Shown: positions 1 through 10,017, counted from the first letter of the stretch. The stretch is 64,000 nucleotides of DNA from Minisyncoccota bacterium (GCA_041662525.1 JBAZSF010000003.1:14187-78186), one strand, 5' to 3'. Notes: a model not told the origin generated them from the letters alone. A program made the numbers and translations.

Positions 1-134
1 CATCATTTGCACCCAATACTGACGCCCTTAACCAATTTAATTTTTTCCCTATTTTTTGATTATGAGGTTCAGTTCGTTTTTGAAAATTCTGTTGATTCAA
101 CATATATCCTATTATAACAAAAAAACTAATAAAT

Positions 135-2759
135 TTATTTTTTATTCAAAACCTTAATCCTATACATGAATAACCATTTAGTGAATTCAACTAATAAAAC
201 ATTTAAAATACACCAACAAACTACCAACCACATCCAAGACAGAGGCATAGGAGCTATATCAAACAAATTTCTTATAAAAGGAATCGACATTGTTGCAACA
301 AGAATGCCAACACCTATAATTATAGCCACATTTAATTTTTTATTTGAAAATGGATTATATGAAAATATCGGCTTGTATAAACTTCTAAAAGAAAAAGCTA
401 TGACTAAAATATAAATAGAAAAACAAACAAAGAAGATTGAACGAACTATTTTTATATCAATATTAAATTGTAATAATACGTAATATAGAAGAAATATTAA
501 AATAGAACTAATAGTTCCAAGACCAAAAGACAGCATCTTTACTTCCGTTGTTAATAATTGTTTTTTAAATGATTCCTTGTTTATCCCTTTATCCAAATTG
601 TCATCGTAAGCAAAAGCAAGGGCGGGTAAACTACCAGTAAATAAATTTACCCATATAATCTGAAGAGCAGTAATAGGTAAAGCCATATTCATAATAAAAC
701 TCCCTCCAATAATAAATATTGAGTCAAAAGCATTGGACATTAAATAAATAAAAGTTTTTCTTATGTTCGCGAGGATCCTTCTTCCCTCGTCTATCGCCAT
801 GCTAATAGTTTGAAAATTATCATCCAAAAGAACTAAATCTGAGGCACTTTGAGCAACATCGCTTCCAGAACTAAGAGAAATACCGATATCCATAGATTTC
901 AAAGCAGGAGCATCATTAACACCATCGCCCGTCATCGCTACTATTTCTCCCAGATCACGATATAGATTTCCTATTCGAAGCTTGTCTTCAGGAGTAACTC
1001 TGGCAAATATTTTAATATTTTTTATTACATCTTTTAGTTGAGAATCAGTCATCAAATGGATATCTTCACCAGTCAAAACATCCTCATCTGTTATGTTCCA
1101 TCCGATACTTCGAGCAACTGAGATAGCGGTTCCTTTTAAATCTCCAGTTATTATTACAATCTTGACTCCATGTGACTCTATGTTTTTAACAGCAAAAGGA
1201 ACTTCTTCTCTAATTGGATCAAAAAAAGAAAGAATGCCTTCAAATGAAACGTTTTTTATTAAATTTTTTTTAATATCTTCTATATTTTTTGTTTTAAAAG
1301 TTCCGAGAGCAATTAATCTTTTTCCATTTTTACTGGCATCCTCTATCCAAGATAAAATCTTTATATAGGTATCTTTATCTACATCTGACATTTTTAGCAA
1401 AATATCAGGAGCTCCCATAATAATATAATTGTCTCCATCTCTAGAAAGAGAAAATTTATTAGTTGAATTGAATGGTAGACATAAATTATTTTCTTCTATT
1501 AAGGTTTTACGTAAATGTATATTATGGCAAGTTGAGGCCTTTGCGATATTAACCTCAAAAGGATGCCCTGTAAAATTCCATTTTTTTTCAATATCATCTG
1601 GATTTTGGACCAAAACGTCTATGTTTTTTAGAGATAATTTAATAATTTCTTTTTGTGCATGTGATAGGTTGGTTATGTTTGATTCTGAATAAATTTCTTT
1701 TTTTAAAACATCAAAAGTATAAACACCTACAAGTTGCATATCTGCTTTGGTTAGAGTACCTGTTTTATCAGTCATGATCAAAGTAGTTGATCCTAAGGTT
1801 TCTGCTGCTGCTAATTTTCTAATGATTCCTTTCTTAGAAGCTATTCTCACTGCTCCAACTGAAAGGATGATAGTCAAAGCAATCGGTAACGATTCTGGAA
1901 CTGCTCCTACACCAATCGCTGCTGATAAAATCAACATTTGAAGTATCGGTTCTCCTCTTGAGACACCAAGAATAAAAATACACATCACAACAAAAATCAC
2001 TAATGTAAAAATATACCAAGACAATTGACCAACTCCTTTTTGAATCGGAGTTACCGCTCTATCAGTATTTGAAACTAGATCAGCGATTTTACCTAGTTCA
2101 GTATTAATTCCAGTTTCCACAACAACTGCCGCATCAAAACCTTCCACCACCAATGTCCCAGCATAAACCATATTTGTACGATCTGCCACCAAAGAAGATT
2201 CCTTTATTGTCTCTGATGTTTTTGTTACAAATTCTGATTCTCCAGTTAAAATAGATTCATCTACTTTAAAATTATTGGAAGAAATAACGCGGGCATCTGC
2301 AGGAACTCTGGAACCATAAGATAATTTAATAATGTCTCCCGGAACTAACAAAGAAGAATCGATTTCCTGTTCTTTTCCATCCCTAACTACACGAGATCTA
2401 TCTTTTATATAGGTAACTAATTTATCTAAAGTATTTTCTGCTTGATATTCACGATACAAACCAAGACCAACATTTATTAAAACTGTGCTCATTATAATAA
2501 TCGTATTAATCCATTCATGCAAAAATCCAGTTAAAATAGCAGCTCCAACCAATATAAAAATAAGAGGGCTTATTATTTGCTTAAGAGCCAAATCGACAAT
2601 GCTTATTATTTTTTTATTTTTAAATTTATTAAGTCCAAATATTTTTAAACGTTTCTCCGCTTCTTCTTGTTTTAATCCATTAATTGAGGTATCTAATCCT
2701 GTCAATACTTCTTCGGCGGTAAAAAACCAGGGTGTTTGTATTTTTATTTTTTCTTCCAT
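135..2759 (-). CDS. P-type (type II, Ca2+/cation) transporting ATPase
   Basis: DKTGTLT phosphorylation motif, TGES, MTGDGVNDAPAL, multiple TM segments. Confidence 0.95.
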   Translation of the reverse strand: MEEKIKIQTPWFFTAEEVLTGLDTSINGLKQEEAEKRLKIFGLNKFKNKKIISIVDLALKQIISPLIFILVGAAILTGFLHEWINTIIIMSTVLINVGLGLYREYQAENTLDKLVTYIKDRSRVVRDGKEQEIDSSLLVPGDIIKLSYGSRVPADARVISSNNFKVDESILTGESEFVTKTSETIKESSLVADRTNMVYAGTLVVEGFDAAVVVETGINTELGKIADLVSNTDRAVTPIQKGVGQLSWYIFTLVIFVVMCIFILGVSRGEPILQMLILSAAIGVGAVPESLPIALTIILSVGAVRIASKKGIIRKLAAAETLGSTTLIMTDKTGTLTKADMQLVGVYTFDVLKKEIYSESNITNLSHAQKEIIKLSLKNIDVLVQNPDDIEKKWNFTGHPFEVNIAKASTCHNIHLRKTLIEENNLCLPFNSTNKFSLSRDGDNYIIMGAPDILLKMSDVDKDTYIKILSWIEDASKNGKRLIALGTFKTKNIEDIKKNLIKNVSFEGILSFFDPIREEVPFAVKNIESHGVKIVIITGDLKGTAISVARSIGWNITDEDVLTGEDIHLMTDSQLKDVIKNIKIFARVTPEDKLRIGNLYRDLGEIVAMTGDGVNDAPALKSMDIGISLSSGSDVAQSASDLVLLDDNFQTISMAIDEGRRILANIRKTFIYLMSNAFDSIFIIGGSFIMNMALPITALQIIWVNLFTGSLPALAFAYDDNLDKGINKESFKKQLLTTEVKMLSFGLGTISSILIFLLYYVLLQFNIDIKIVRSIFFVCFSIYILVIAFSFRSLYKPIFSYNPFSNKKLNVAIIIGVGILVATMSIPFIRNLFDIAPMPLSWMWLVVCWCILNVLLVEFTKWLFMYRIKVLNKK

Positions 2760-2850
2760 AAATTCATTTTAACAAAAAGTTCCAATTTTTACTAAAACAA
2801 ATAAAATAACCTATATAAATTATAGTTCGTAATTTGGGCTCCGAACAATA

Positions 2851-3228
2851 TTACTTCACATCCACCACAACCTTAAACCCGCCGTAAGCAAAACGCTTCA
2901 TGTCAAAAGGCATGGGCATATTTTCATACTTTTTATCTTTACTCATCTCGGCAATGACTTTTTTATTTACCTGATCACGATGCGCCTTGGACTTATAGAC
3001 AATAAAAGAAAACCATACAGTTTCGGCTTTTCCCGCCTTTGCCATTTTTGGAAACGTGAGCGACGGAGTCCCGCCCATATTTGGGCTCATGTCATCACCC
3101 ATGCATTCCTTATAATCAAGAGCGCCATGTTTGAGCCAAACCCTAGCTCCCTCTCGCGCCATCTTGCGATAAGCAACGAAATTTTTCTTGGGCACCACTA
3201 GCACAAAACCATCTACATATTTTGCCAT
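2851..3228 (-). CDS. DUF1428 (YbaA-like) protein
   Basis: YVDGFV...HGAL.Y.EC.GDD...MPFDMKR..YGGF pattern. Confidence 0.85.
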   Translation of the reverse strand: MAKYVDGFVLVVPKKNFVAYRKMAREGARVWLKHGALDYKECMGDDMSPNMGGTPSLTFPKMAKAGKAETVWFSFIVYKSKAHRDQVNKKVIAEMSKDKKYENMPMPFDMKRFAYGGFKVVVDVK

Positions 3229-3255
3229 AAAATTATTATTAGTTATTATTAATCC

Positions 3256-3648
3256 TTACAATATAACGGGCTGCAACATGCCCACTTGGTTGCCTTCGGT
3301 GTCTTTAAACATTACAAATTTACCAATACCGGATATGTCCATTACTTCTCCTACTGTCTCACCGCCGGCTTTATTAACAATATCCATATGCTCTTTAAGA
3401 TTATCCACTGAAATAACAACATGGGGAATTGTTCCGTAATCACCTTTTTTAAAAAAACCACCGTTTATCGCTCCCTTGTTAATATGCATATTGTTTTTGT
3501 CCACGGGAGAAGTGGTCGCTAAAAGATAATCTTTCATATCAGGGCCGAGCTGAGTCATTTTCCAACCAAAAACACTCTCATAAAATTTTTTAACCCGAGT
3601 ATTGTCTTCAACTGGCATTTCAAAATGTACCACAGGATTCATTTTCAT
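3256..3648 (-). CDS. VOC/glyoxalase family protein
   Basis: VVHFEMP...FYESVFGW...AINGG...FKDTEGN. Confidence 0.9.
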   Translation of the reverse strand: MKMNPVVHFEMPVEDNTRVKKFYESVFGWKMTQLGPDMKDYLLATTSPVDKNNMHINKGAINGGFFKKGDYGTIPHVVISVDNLKEHMDIVNKAGGETVGEVMDISGIGKFVMFKDTEGNQVGMLQPVIL

Positions 3649-3850
3649 ATATTTTTTTTAATTATTCTATTAATAATAAGAAAATAATAAAATACAATTG
3701 TTAAAATAAGATTAAAATTAAAATAAATGCAGATTATATAACTAGATTCTTGCAAAAGAAAAAAATGGATTTCCTTTTTCCTTTTTTTAATACTAAATTA
3801 ATCTTTGATTGATACGATTCATTTATTATTATAAATTTAACATTTTTAAG

Positions 3851-4555
3851 ATGAATAAAAATAAAATGTATTACTATGGGGGTGGGTTGATTGTTGTTTT
3901 AATTATTATTGCAGGTTTAATATATTCATATTCAACACAGCAAAAAAAAGATCTCGTTGATGCTGTCTCGCAAAAAGCGATGACTTTTTTTGTGACTAGT
4001 GTTAATCCAGGAAAAGGAGCTGACCTTGGAGGATTGTCCGGAGCAGACAACTATTGCCAATCACTTGCGCAATCTGCTGGCGTGGGGAATCTTACCTGGC
4101 GCGCATATTTGAGCACTACTGCCACTGGAGGATCCTCTGTTGTAAATGCACGTGATCGTATTGGAAATGGTCCTTGGAAAAATTTTGCAGGAATTACTAT
4201 TGCTAATAACTTAGATGAGTTACATGGAATTAACAACATCAACAAACTGACAGCTTTGACTGAAAAAGGCGCGACAATAAACGGACGTGGGGACACTCCA
4301 AATTTGCATGATATTTTGACTGGTTCTGGAATGGACGGCAGAATAATCCCCGGAGAAGCCGATACTACTTGCGGTAATTGGACAAAAAGTGGAGACGGAG
4401 CAGCTATGCTGGGACATCACGACAGAATAGGAACCAGTGACACCGAAGCGGCTAGATCATGGAATTCATCTCATCTCTCACGTGGTTGCAGTTTGGATGC
4501 TTTAGCTAGTTCTGGTGGTGGAGGACTGTTCTATTGTTTTGCAATAACAAAATAG
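3851..4555 (+). CDS. Membrane-anchored lectin/endostatin-like protein
   Basis: N-terminal TM; FFVTS..G.GADLGGL.GAD..CQ.LA, WRAYLS, C-terminal GLFYCFA; ATG 3851 preferred over the upstream alternative start. Confidence 0.6.
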   Translation: MNKNKMYYYGGGLIVVLIIIAGLIYSYSTQQKKDLVDAVSQKAMTFFVTSVNPGKGADLGGLSGADNYCQSLAQSAGVGNLTWRAYLSTTATGGSSVVNARDRIGNGPWKNFAGITIANNLDELHGINNINKLTALTEKGATINGRGDTPNLHDILTGSGMDGRIIPGEADTTCGNWTKSGDGAAMLGHHDRIGTSDTEAARSWNSSHLSRGCSLDALASSGGGGLFYCFAITK

Positions 4556-4657
4556 TAATTATTAATTTAAACTTTTTGTTTTATTTTATCTCCACTCTCT
4601 TAAAATATTAAATTTGGACACAACTATAAAACATAGACGATATTCTAATAAATATCG

Positions 4658-5308
4658 TTAAGGGCAGACAAACTCACAATTAGGACCAGTGCGCCCAACA
4701 TAAGAACCATCAGGGCATTGTTTAGCATCCGCAGTGCAAGCAACAGGTTCTTTTGTTTTTGGTCTATCTGGCAAATTAATTTTGACTTTATCATTAATAA
4801 CTTTATCATTTAAAACTTCACAATCTATTTGTGACATCTGAAACCCTGTAGTTAATTTTGTTTCATCTTTATATAAATAAACCCCATCTCCTCTATCAAC
4901 CATTTCTCCAAAAAAAGCAACGGCACTTCCTTCACCAAATTCAATTTTTAATTGTTCTGTCACATTCATACCTTCAGCGAAAGAATCCCACCAGACATCG
5001 GCGATACGTCCGCTAATCTTGGGGTCCATTTTGCCAACCATCCCATTAAATTTTCCAATCTTGCTATCTTTTTCGGCTGGAAGATTTTGATATTCACCAG
5101 TTACTTTATCACTTAAAATACTCATTTTAAGCCAGGCGCGATCAATAAGACCACTTGCAGTGTCTTTAGAATACTGATAACACATAGCGATAGGTTCTGG
5201 TGTTAGATCGTTTTGGATTATTTCTGACTTTTTATTTTTAAAAAGAAAAACAAAAATCACGACCAAAATAAGAACAATGATAGCTATATAAATTAGTATT
5301 TTTTTCAT
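4658..5308 (-). CDS. Membrane-anchored hypothetical protein with Cys-rich C-terminal motif
   Basis: N-terminal TM; C-terminal CTADAKQCPDGSYVGRTGPNCEF motif typical of CPR surface proteins. Confidence 0.7.
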   Translation of the reverse strand: MKKILIYIAIIVLILVVIFVFLFKNKKSEIIQNDLTPEPIAMCYQYSKDTASGLIDRAWLKMSILSDKVTGEYQNLPAEKDSKIGKFNGMVGKMDPKISGRIADVWWDSFAEGMNVTEQLKIEFGEGSAVAFFGEMVDRGDGVYLYKDETKLTTGFQMSQIDCEVLNDKVINDKVKINLPDRPKTKEPVACTADAKQCPDGSYVGRTGPNCEFVCP

Positions 5309-5510
5309 AACACAATTCTATCACAAATTTGAACTTCTACTAAGAAGGGTAAAAAAACTAATTCTGATGCAAAGAATGGTTATTTATACAGCTTCTTTGT
5401 ATATTGGAATGATTTTTTAATAAGTGTAAAGAGTAATTTTTGATTCATATTGGAAAGTTTACTTATGTATAAACATCCTTTACTTGTTTTATGTTTCCCA
5501 AGTTTTGTTT

Positions 5511-6245
5511 CTAAGATTTTTGAGATGTTTCCAGCAACGACGCTTCAGAACAAACTTTCGTTAAATTCCAAGAACGCTTGAACATAGTGCCAACAAGTAT
5601 GCCAGACACAATTAGCGTGAGCCAGTTGATTGACATGACAGCAACCTCGAATCGGTACTCTCTGTTTATTCCGTAAAAAATTGAAATTAATATAAAAGTT
5701 ATAAGTGTAAGAACAAAGCTTCCAATAAATATTGAGCGAATTACCCTTTCAAGTCTGCTTTTCGAAAAGACCGGGGCCATGAACAAGAAAGATACGCCCA
5801 TAAGGATAAAACCGAGTTCTTCAAGAGCGATAAAAATTCCATGAGGGTTATATTGTGTAATGAGCGCAATTCCGTCAAATTCGCCATTGAGCAAACTCGG
5901 CTGAACGACGGATAGTTGGATAAAATAATTGGCTAGTAGTATCAATGCTGACATAATGGCAAAAGATAAGCCCACTTGACTGAATGTTTTCTTTTCACTA
6001 TCCGCTTGGCGATGAATACAGGTCATGAAGATGATATAAAGCAAAAGCCATACGATAGCACAATACATCCAGATGTAATCTGCGGGGAAACGCAATACCA
6101 TATCGAGGTAGGGATATTTAAAACATGAACCAACACAAAAAGGTCCTGATAAGGGTTCGGTTAAGTAAGCAACTATAAAAGTGATCACTGTTGCCGTTCC
6201 TGTCAGTATTGAAATGTAGAAACCGATGCGATTATTCATAATCAT
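5511..6245 (-). CDS. Polytopic membrane protein, unknown function
   Basis: about 6 hydrophobic segments; overlaps the upstream gene end. Confidence 0.7.
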   Translation of the reverse strand: MIMNNRIGFYISILTGTATVITFIVAYLTEPLSGPFCVGSCFKYPYLDMVLRFPADYIWMYCAIVWLLLYIIFMTCIHRQADSEKKTFSQVGLSFAIMSALILLANYFIQLSVVQPSLLNGEFDGIALITQYNPHGIFIALEELGFILMGVSFLFMAPVFSKSRLERVIRSIFIGSFVLTLITFILISIFYGINREYRFEVAVMSINWLTLIVSGILVGTMFKRSWNLTKVCSEASLLETSQKS

Positions 6246-6660
6246 TTTTATTTACATAATTGGAATTAAGCTTGAAAACTTTCCACGCAAAATATATAAG
6301 CACTATTGAAACAACTGCACCAATACCTTCAATCATTGAATAAAGCGGGGTTGCCACTTCAGGCTGTAGCAGATGGATCTGATCAGCAATTACAAAAAAA
6401 ATATTAAAGACCGCTGCGATTATTGCAAAATACGCTCCAAGCTTGGGACGTTTGTAGATCAAAGGTATGGCAGATATTTCGATTATTAAAATGACAAAAA
6501 AGTATGCCAGCCAAAGGAGAGAAACATTATTCTGCGGTCTTGTCTCAAACCCGATTGGCGGAGGAAATTCAAGTGCGGTAATAATGAGAGTAGCGATAGT
6601 GGAGCCAACAACTCCTCGCTTTGCCCATTTAAGATTTAAAATACTTTCACTTTTCAACAT
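6232..6660 (-). CDS. Small 4-TM membrane protein
   Basis: hydrophobic segments; TGaTATAAT 6 nt upstream of ATG. Confidence 0.7.
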   Translation of the reverse strand: MLKSESILNLKWAKRGVVGSTIATLIITALEFPPPIGFETRPQNNVSLLWLAYFFVILIIEISAIPLIYKRPKLGAYFAIIAAVFNIFFVIADQIHLLQPEVATPLYSMIEGIGAVVSIVLIYFAWKVFKLNSNYVNKNDYE

Positions 6661-6733
6661 AAAAATATTATATCATAAGTTTAAACTATTATTAAAGTAG
6701 ACAATAAACCTTGTATTATAAGTTTAAAAACTT

Positions 6734-6935
6734 GCTCCGGGGGTAGGGATATCTTTCCTTACAGGAACAGTATACCTTTTGTACTTTTTTCTCCCGCCAC
6801 AGCGGAATCAAAAAGACACAAAAGCTTTTCGCTCCCTACACGAAAATAAAGCAGTTTATTTTCTCCCCGGAGCCGTAAAAAGTAAAACGCCTGCTTTCGC
6901 AGACGTTAAACTTTTTTGGCTCCGGGGGTAGGGAT
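6734..6935. repeat. Direct and inverted copies of the tRNA-Asn 3' end downstream of the tRNA
   Basis: gctccgggggtagggat at 6734-6750 and 6919-6935; inverted ccccggagcc at 6865-6874. Confidence 0.85.
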
Positions 6936-6957
6936 CGAACCTACGACCAATCGCTTA

Positions 6958-7533
6958 CACTTTATCTCCTATTGCTAGAAGTGTGGACTATATCATCTTC
7001 ATATCTTTTTTAAAAAAGACTTAGAAGCAAGGCGCTTCCACCGACAACTTGTCGATGTACTCCAATAAATGGATAGTCTCTACACCTTCCCTAACACAAT
7101 GTTAGGGCTTGGCTCGGGATTACCCTGAGAGTTTGTCTCGAAGGGCTTCCCCGAATTCACCTTGTTTTTCAACCTACCTTTCAATAGGAAGCTGCGTAAT
7201 ACCTTCATGTATTTCCATATGACAATTTGCACACAAGAGAACGCATTTTTCAATTTCTTTTTTAATACGTTCCCAAGATCTCGTTAACCCCCTAGAAGAA
7301 AGATCAAATTCTTTTTCTTTTGGATTAATGTGATGAAAGCTTAAAGCTCTCTGACATTTCTTATAGCCACATAAAATACATTTACCGCCTTTATGATCTC
7401 TAGCCATTTCACGAAGTTTTTTTCTTCTTCGGCTAACAGCTAAAACCATATATTCTCGACGATCGGCATAGGTTCTGGTTTCTACTCTTTTCTTTTTGGT
7501 ATACACAAGTAGATTATACCACAAACCTCTGAC
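6958..7533 (-). ncRNA. Group I self-splicing intron
   Basis: Exon ends in U and intron ends in G; P AATTCGGGGAA, Q AATCCCGAGCC, R GTAGAGACTA, S GATATAGTCC; P3 CAAGGTG/CGCCTTG; P7 GACTA/TAGTC. Confidence 0.92.
7174..7506 (-). CDS. Intron-encoded HNH (putative homing) endonuclease
   Basis: CILCG...FHHINP...CVLLCANCHMEIH; lies inside the intron; GTG 7506 preferred as start (ORF open from 7524). Confidence 0.85.
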   Translation of the reverse strand: MYTKKKRVETRTYADRREYMVLAVSRRRKKLREMARDHKGGKCILCGYKKCQRALSFHHINPKEKEFDLSSRGLTRSWERIKKEIEKCVLLCANCHMEIHEGITQLPIER

Positions 7534-7690
7534 ACAGGCGACCGCTCTACCGCTGAGCTACCCCGGAATTTATTTATCTTTAAAAAGAACTTTTCTTATA
7601 GTAACAGAAATTTAAGAAAAAACAAATTGAAAAATTACTATTATGGTTTGCATTTTAAACAAAATAAGGTAGAATAGTTTTGTTAGATAA

Positions 7691-7766
7691 GGGCCCATAG
7701 CTCATCTGGTAGAGCGCCTCATTTGCAATGAGGAGGTAAGGAGTTCGAGTCTCCTTGGGTCCACCA
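7691..7766 (+). tRNA. tRNA-Ala(UGC)
   Basis: GGGCCCA acceptor with G3:U70, anticodon loop TTTGCAA, GTTCGAGT T-loop, encoded CCA. Confidence 0.96.
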
Positions 7767-9254
7767 TAGAAGACTCAACAGGCAGAAATGCCTGTTTTGT
7801 TTTGAAAACACAAGCTACTTCTCTTGTTCCAAATATTTTATTTTCAAACGTCAGACCTTGGGGAAATTGGAACTCCTGTAATTTAATTTTTATGCTTATA
7901 TTTTTTATTGCAGACCATATTTTACTTGGCTGTTTTAAATATTCTTCCATAAATTCAATCATCTTTTCATAATCAGCATCACTATTGGGAATATTAAAAA
8001 GCGAAGAACTCGTTTCCATTAATTTAATTTCTATAATTTCTAATTGTTGCTTCAATATATTGTCATTAATTACCCCATCAAGATTTTTCTTAATTATTGC
8101 AGACTGTCTTTCATTTAATTCTTGTATACATTTTTGTAATTTCTCTGCTTCTTTTCTTTTTTCAGAAGTTGCTTTAATAAGATTATCTCGCACAAGTATT
8201 TTTAACTTTTGATAATGTTTCTCATCCAGTCCATATCTATCCATATATTCTCTAAAACTTTTTTCAAATTCATCTCTTGGGTAGCTTGATTTTTCATTCC
8301 CAAAACGATAAAAAGGATATTTTTTGCCACTTCCACTAGTAGACCAACTTCCTGTTAACACCTTACCATCATTATTTTTTACAAACTTACGAAGAGGAAA
8401 ATCTGGGTGATTTTTAAGATAAGCAGAGTGCTTACGTCCTCTACTTTTTAAAACCCTTTGCACTTGATTAAAAAGTTCTTCTGAAATAATGGGTTTAAAA
8501 TTACCCTTGTGCTTCTCCCCAAACTTTACAATCCATCCCGCAAAAAGTTCATTGGTAAGCATTGAATAAAAATATCCTTTTGAGAAAGGCTTACCTTTTT
8601 TATTCAATAAGCCCTCTTTTACCATCATTCTTCGTACTTCTTCTGTTGGATAAGTATTTAAGGCAATAAGTTCAAATGTTTGAGTATTAAAGGAGACATT
8701 ATTTCATCCTGTGCAATAGTAGCTCTACCCGCTACTTGAACGTTCTTATAACCCACTGTAGCCATCCAAACATAGCGACCATCTCTCATAGCATCTTTCA
8801 TTCCACCTGCACAACGTTCTGCACGTACATCATTATCAAACTGTGCTACGTTAGCAAACATATTTTCCATAAATTTACCTTGTGCTGTATCTTCAAAATA
8901 CTCTGAAGTAGATTTAATCTCTATCCCATATTTTTTAAAGAAAAGGCGAAGATGGCTGTAATCTTCAACACTGCGAGAAAGACGGTCTACTTTATATATA
9001 ACAACTACTCCTACCCTATTCTTTTTATCTGAGCAAAAAGCCAGAAGTTTTTGAAGCTCCGTTCTATTTGCTGTTTTTGCACTCTCCCCCTGTTCAATAA
9101 AAATCTCCGTAATATCATAATCATTTTTAAAACAATATTCCCTACAGATTTTTTCTTGTGTACTCAAACTATTACCTTCATCAACCTGCTCCTTTGTAGA
9201 AACTCTCACATATATTACTGCTCTTTTTTTAACTACATTGTTTACTAAGTTCAT
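7702..9254 (-). pseudogene. Large serine recombinase (resolvase + recombinase domains) split by a 1-nt frameshift near 8679-8681
   Basis: YVRVST..Q and DRLSR motifs in 8658-9254; recombinase/coiled-coil half in 7702-8628; one extra A restores ...LILK-TFELIALNTYPTEEVRRMMVKEG. Confidence 0.85.
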
Positions 9255-9465
9255 ATTCTTTTTTATCCAAAAACGCCTCCACTAAAATATTTGCCAAATA
9301 GTTTAATGATTCATTTTCAGAAGAGTTATTATTAATATCTTCTACACACCAAGATTGAGAATAAATAACTTTCTTATCACATTGATTTATTAAATTCTCG
9401 TTTCCAACACTAATACTTTTCTCAATGATTTCATCAACATTGATATTTTCTTTTACAAAATTCAT
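9229..9465 (-). CDS. Small hypothetical protein overlapping the recombinase start
   Basis: 78-aa ORF between the riboswitch and the recombinase; 26-nt overlap. Confidence 0.55.
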   Translation of the reverse strand: MNFVKENINVDEIIEKSISVGNENLINQCDKKVIYSQSWCVEDINNNSSENESLNYLANILVEAFLDKKEYELSKQCS

Positions 9466-9528
9466 TTACTACATCATTCTTTTAATCTCTAGCTGTCTAT
9501 GCAATGCAAGGATTTCTAAATTAGATTA

Positions 9529-9561
9529 ATAAAAAAATCTTTCCCACAAAGAAAAGATTTT
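9529..9561 (-). terminator. Intrinsic terminator after SAM-I element A
   Basis: AAAATCTTTTC-TTTGTGG-GAAAGATTTT followed by TTTATT on the minus strand. Confidence 0.55.
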
Positions 9562-9565
9562 CGAC

Positions 9566-9665
9566 ATTATCTTTTCCCTCGTGGGTTGGATGTAGCACCG
9601 TTGCCTTTTCGGCTGGTTGCTGGGCGGATTTTCGAGCCAATTCTCTACTCGCCCTCTCGATATAA
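9566..9665 (-). ncRNA. SAM-I (S-box)-type riboswitch A
   Basis: Minus strand TATCGAGAG...GAGAATTGGCTC..A...CCCAGCAACC...GGTGCTA..TCC...AAGATA matches the SAM-I core order. Confidence 0.8.
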
Positions 9666-9864
9666 ATATTTAGTTGTATTGTTACTATAACACCACTCTA
9701 AACGAGACCTGTGGATAACTTTTAAGCTATATAATACAAGGTTCTCAAAGTGTCAGGAAACTCCCTTAAAGAGTCCGAAAAGTCCCTCCCAAGGCGTGTA
9801 AAAACTCCAAATTTGCCTTTATGTGGTGATTTGTTATAAACTCTACTTACAACTGAATAGTGGG

Positions 9865-9970
9865 CGTATCAAGAGCGAGGCGAGAGATTGGACTCAATGA
9901 CCCTCCAGCAACCTGCGAAAGTAAGGTGCTCTCCACCACGATAGCGGAAACGTTATCGAGGAAAGATGCA
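9865..9970 (+). ncRNA. SAM-I (S-box)-type riboswitch B
   Basis: GTATCAAGAG...GAGAGATTGGACTCAATGA.CCTCCAGCAACC..GAAA..AAGGTGCT...GAAAGATGC; P1 GTATC/GATGC. Confidence 0.85.
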
Positions 9971-9983
9971 AGGTCGAACATTT

Positions 9984-10017
9984 TTCCTCAATTATTATTG
10001 TAGGAATTTTTTATTTT
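9984..10017 (+). terminator. Terminator-like hairpin after SAM-I element B
   Basis: TTCCT-CAAT TATT ATTG-T-AGGAA followed by TTTTTTATTTT. Confidence 0.5.

Larger units (their letters stand above)
6917..7567 (-). tRNA. tRNA-Asn(GUU), split by a group I intron (exons 7567-7534 and 6957-6917)
   Basis: Joined exons give TCCGGGG TA GCTC AGCGGTA GAGC G GTCGC CTGT^TAA GCGAT TGGTC GTAGG TTCGATC CCTAC CCCCGGA G CCA. Confidence 0.93.

Noticed and set aside
9710-9718. Replication origin
   Set aside because: Single DnaA-box match; no cluster and no dnaA/dnaN nearby.
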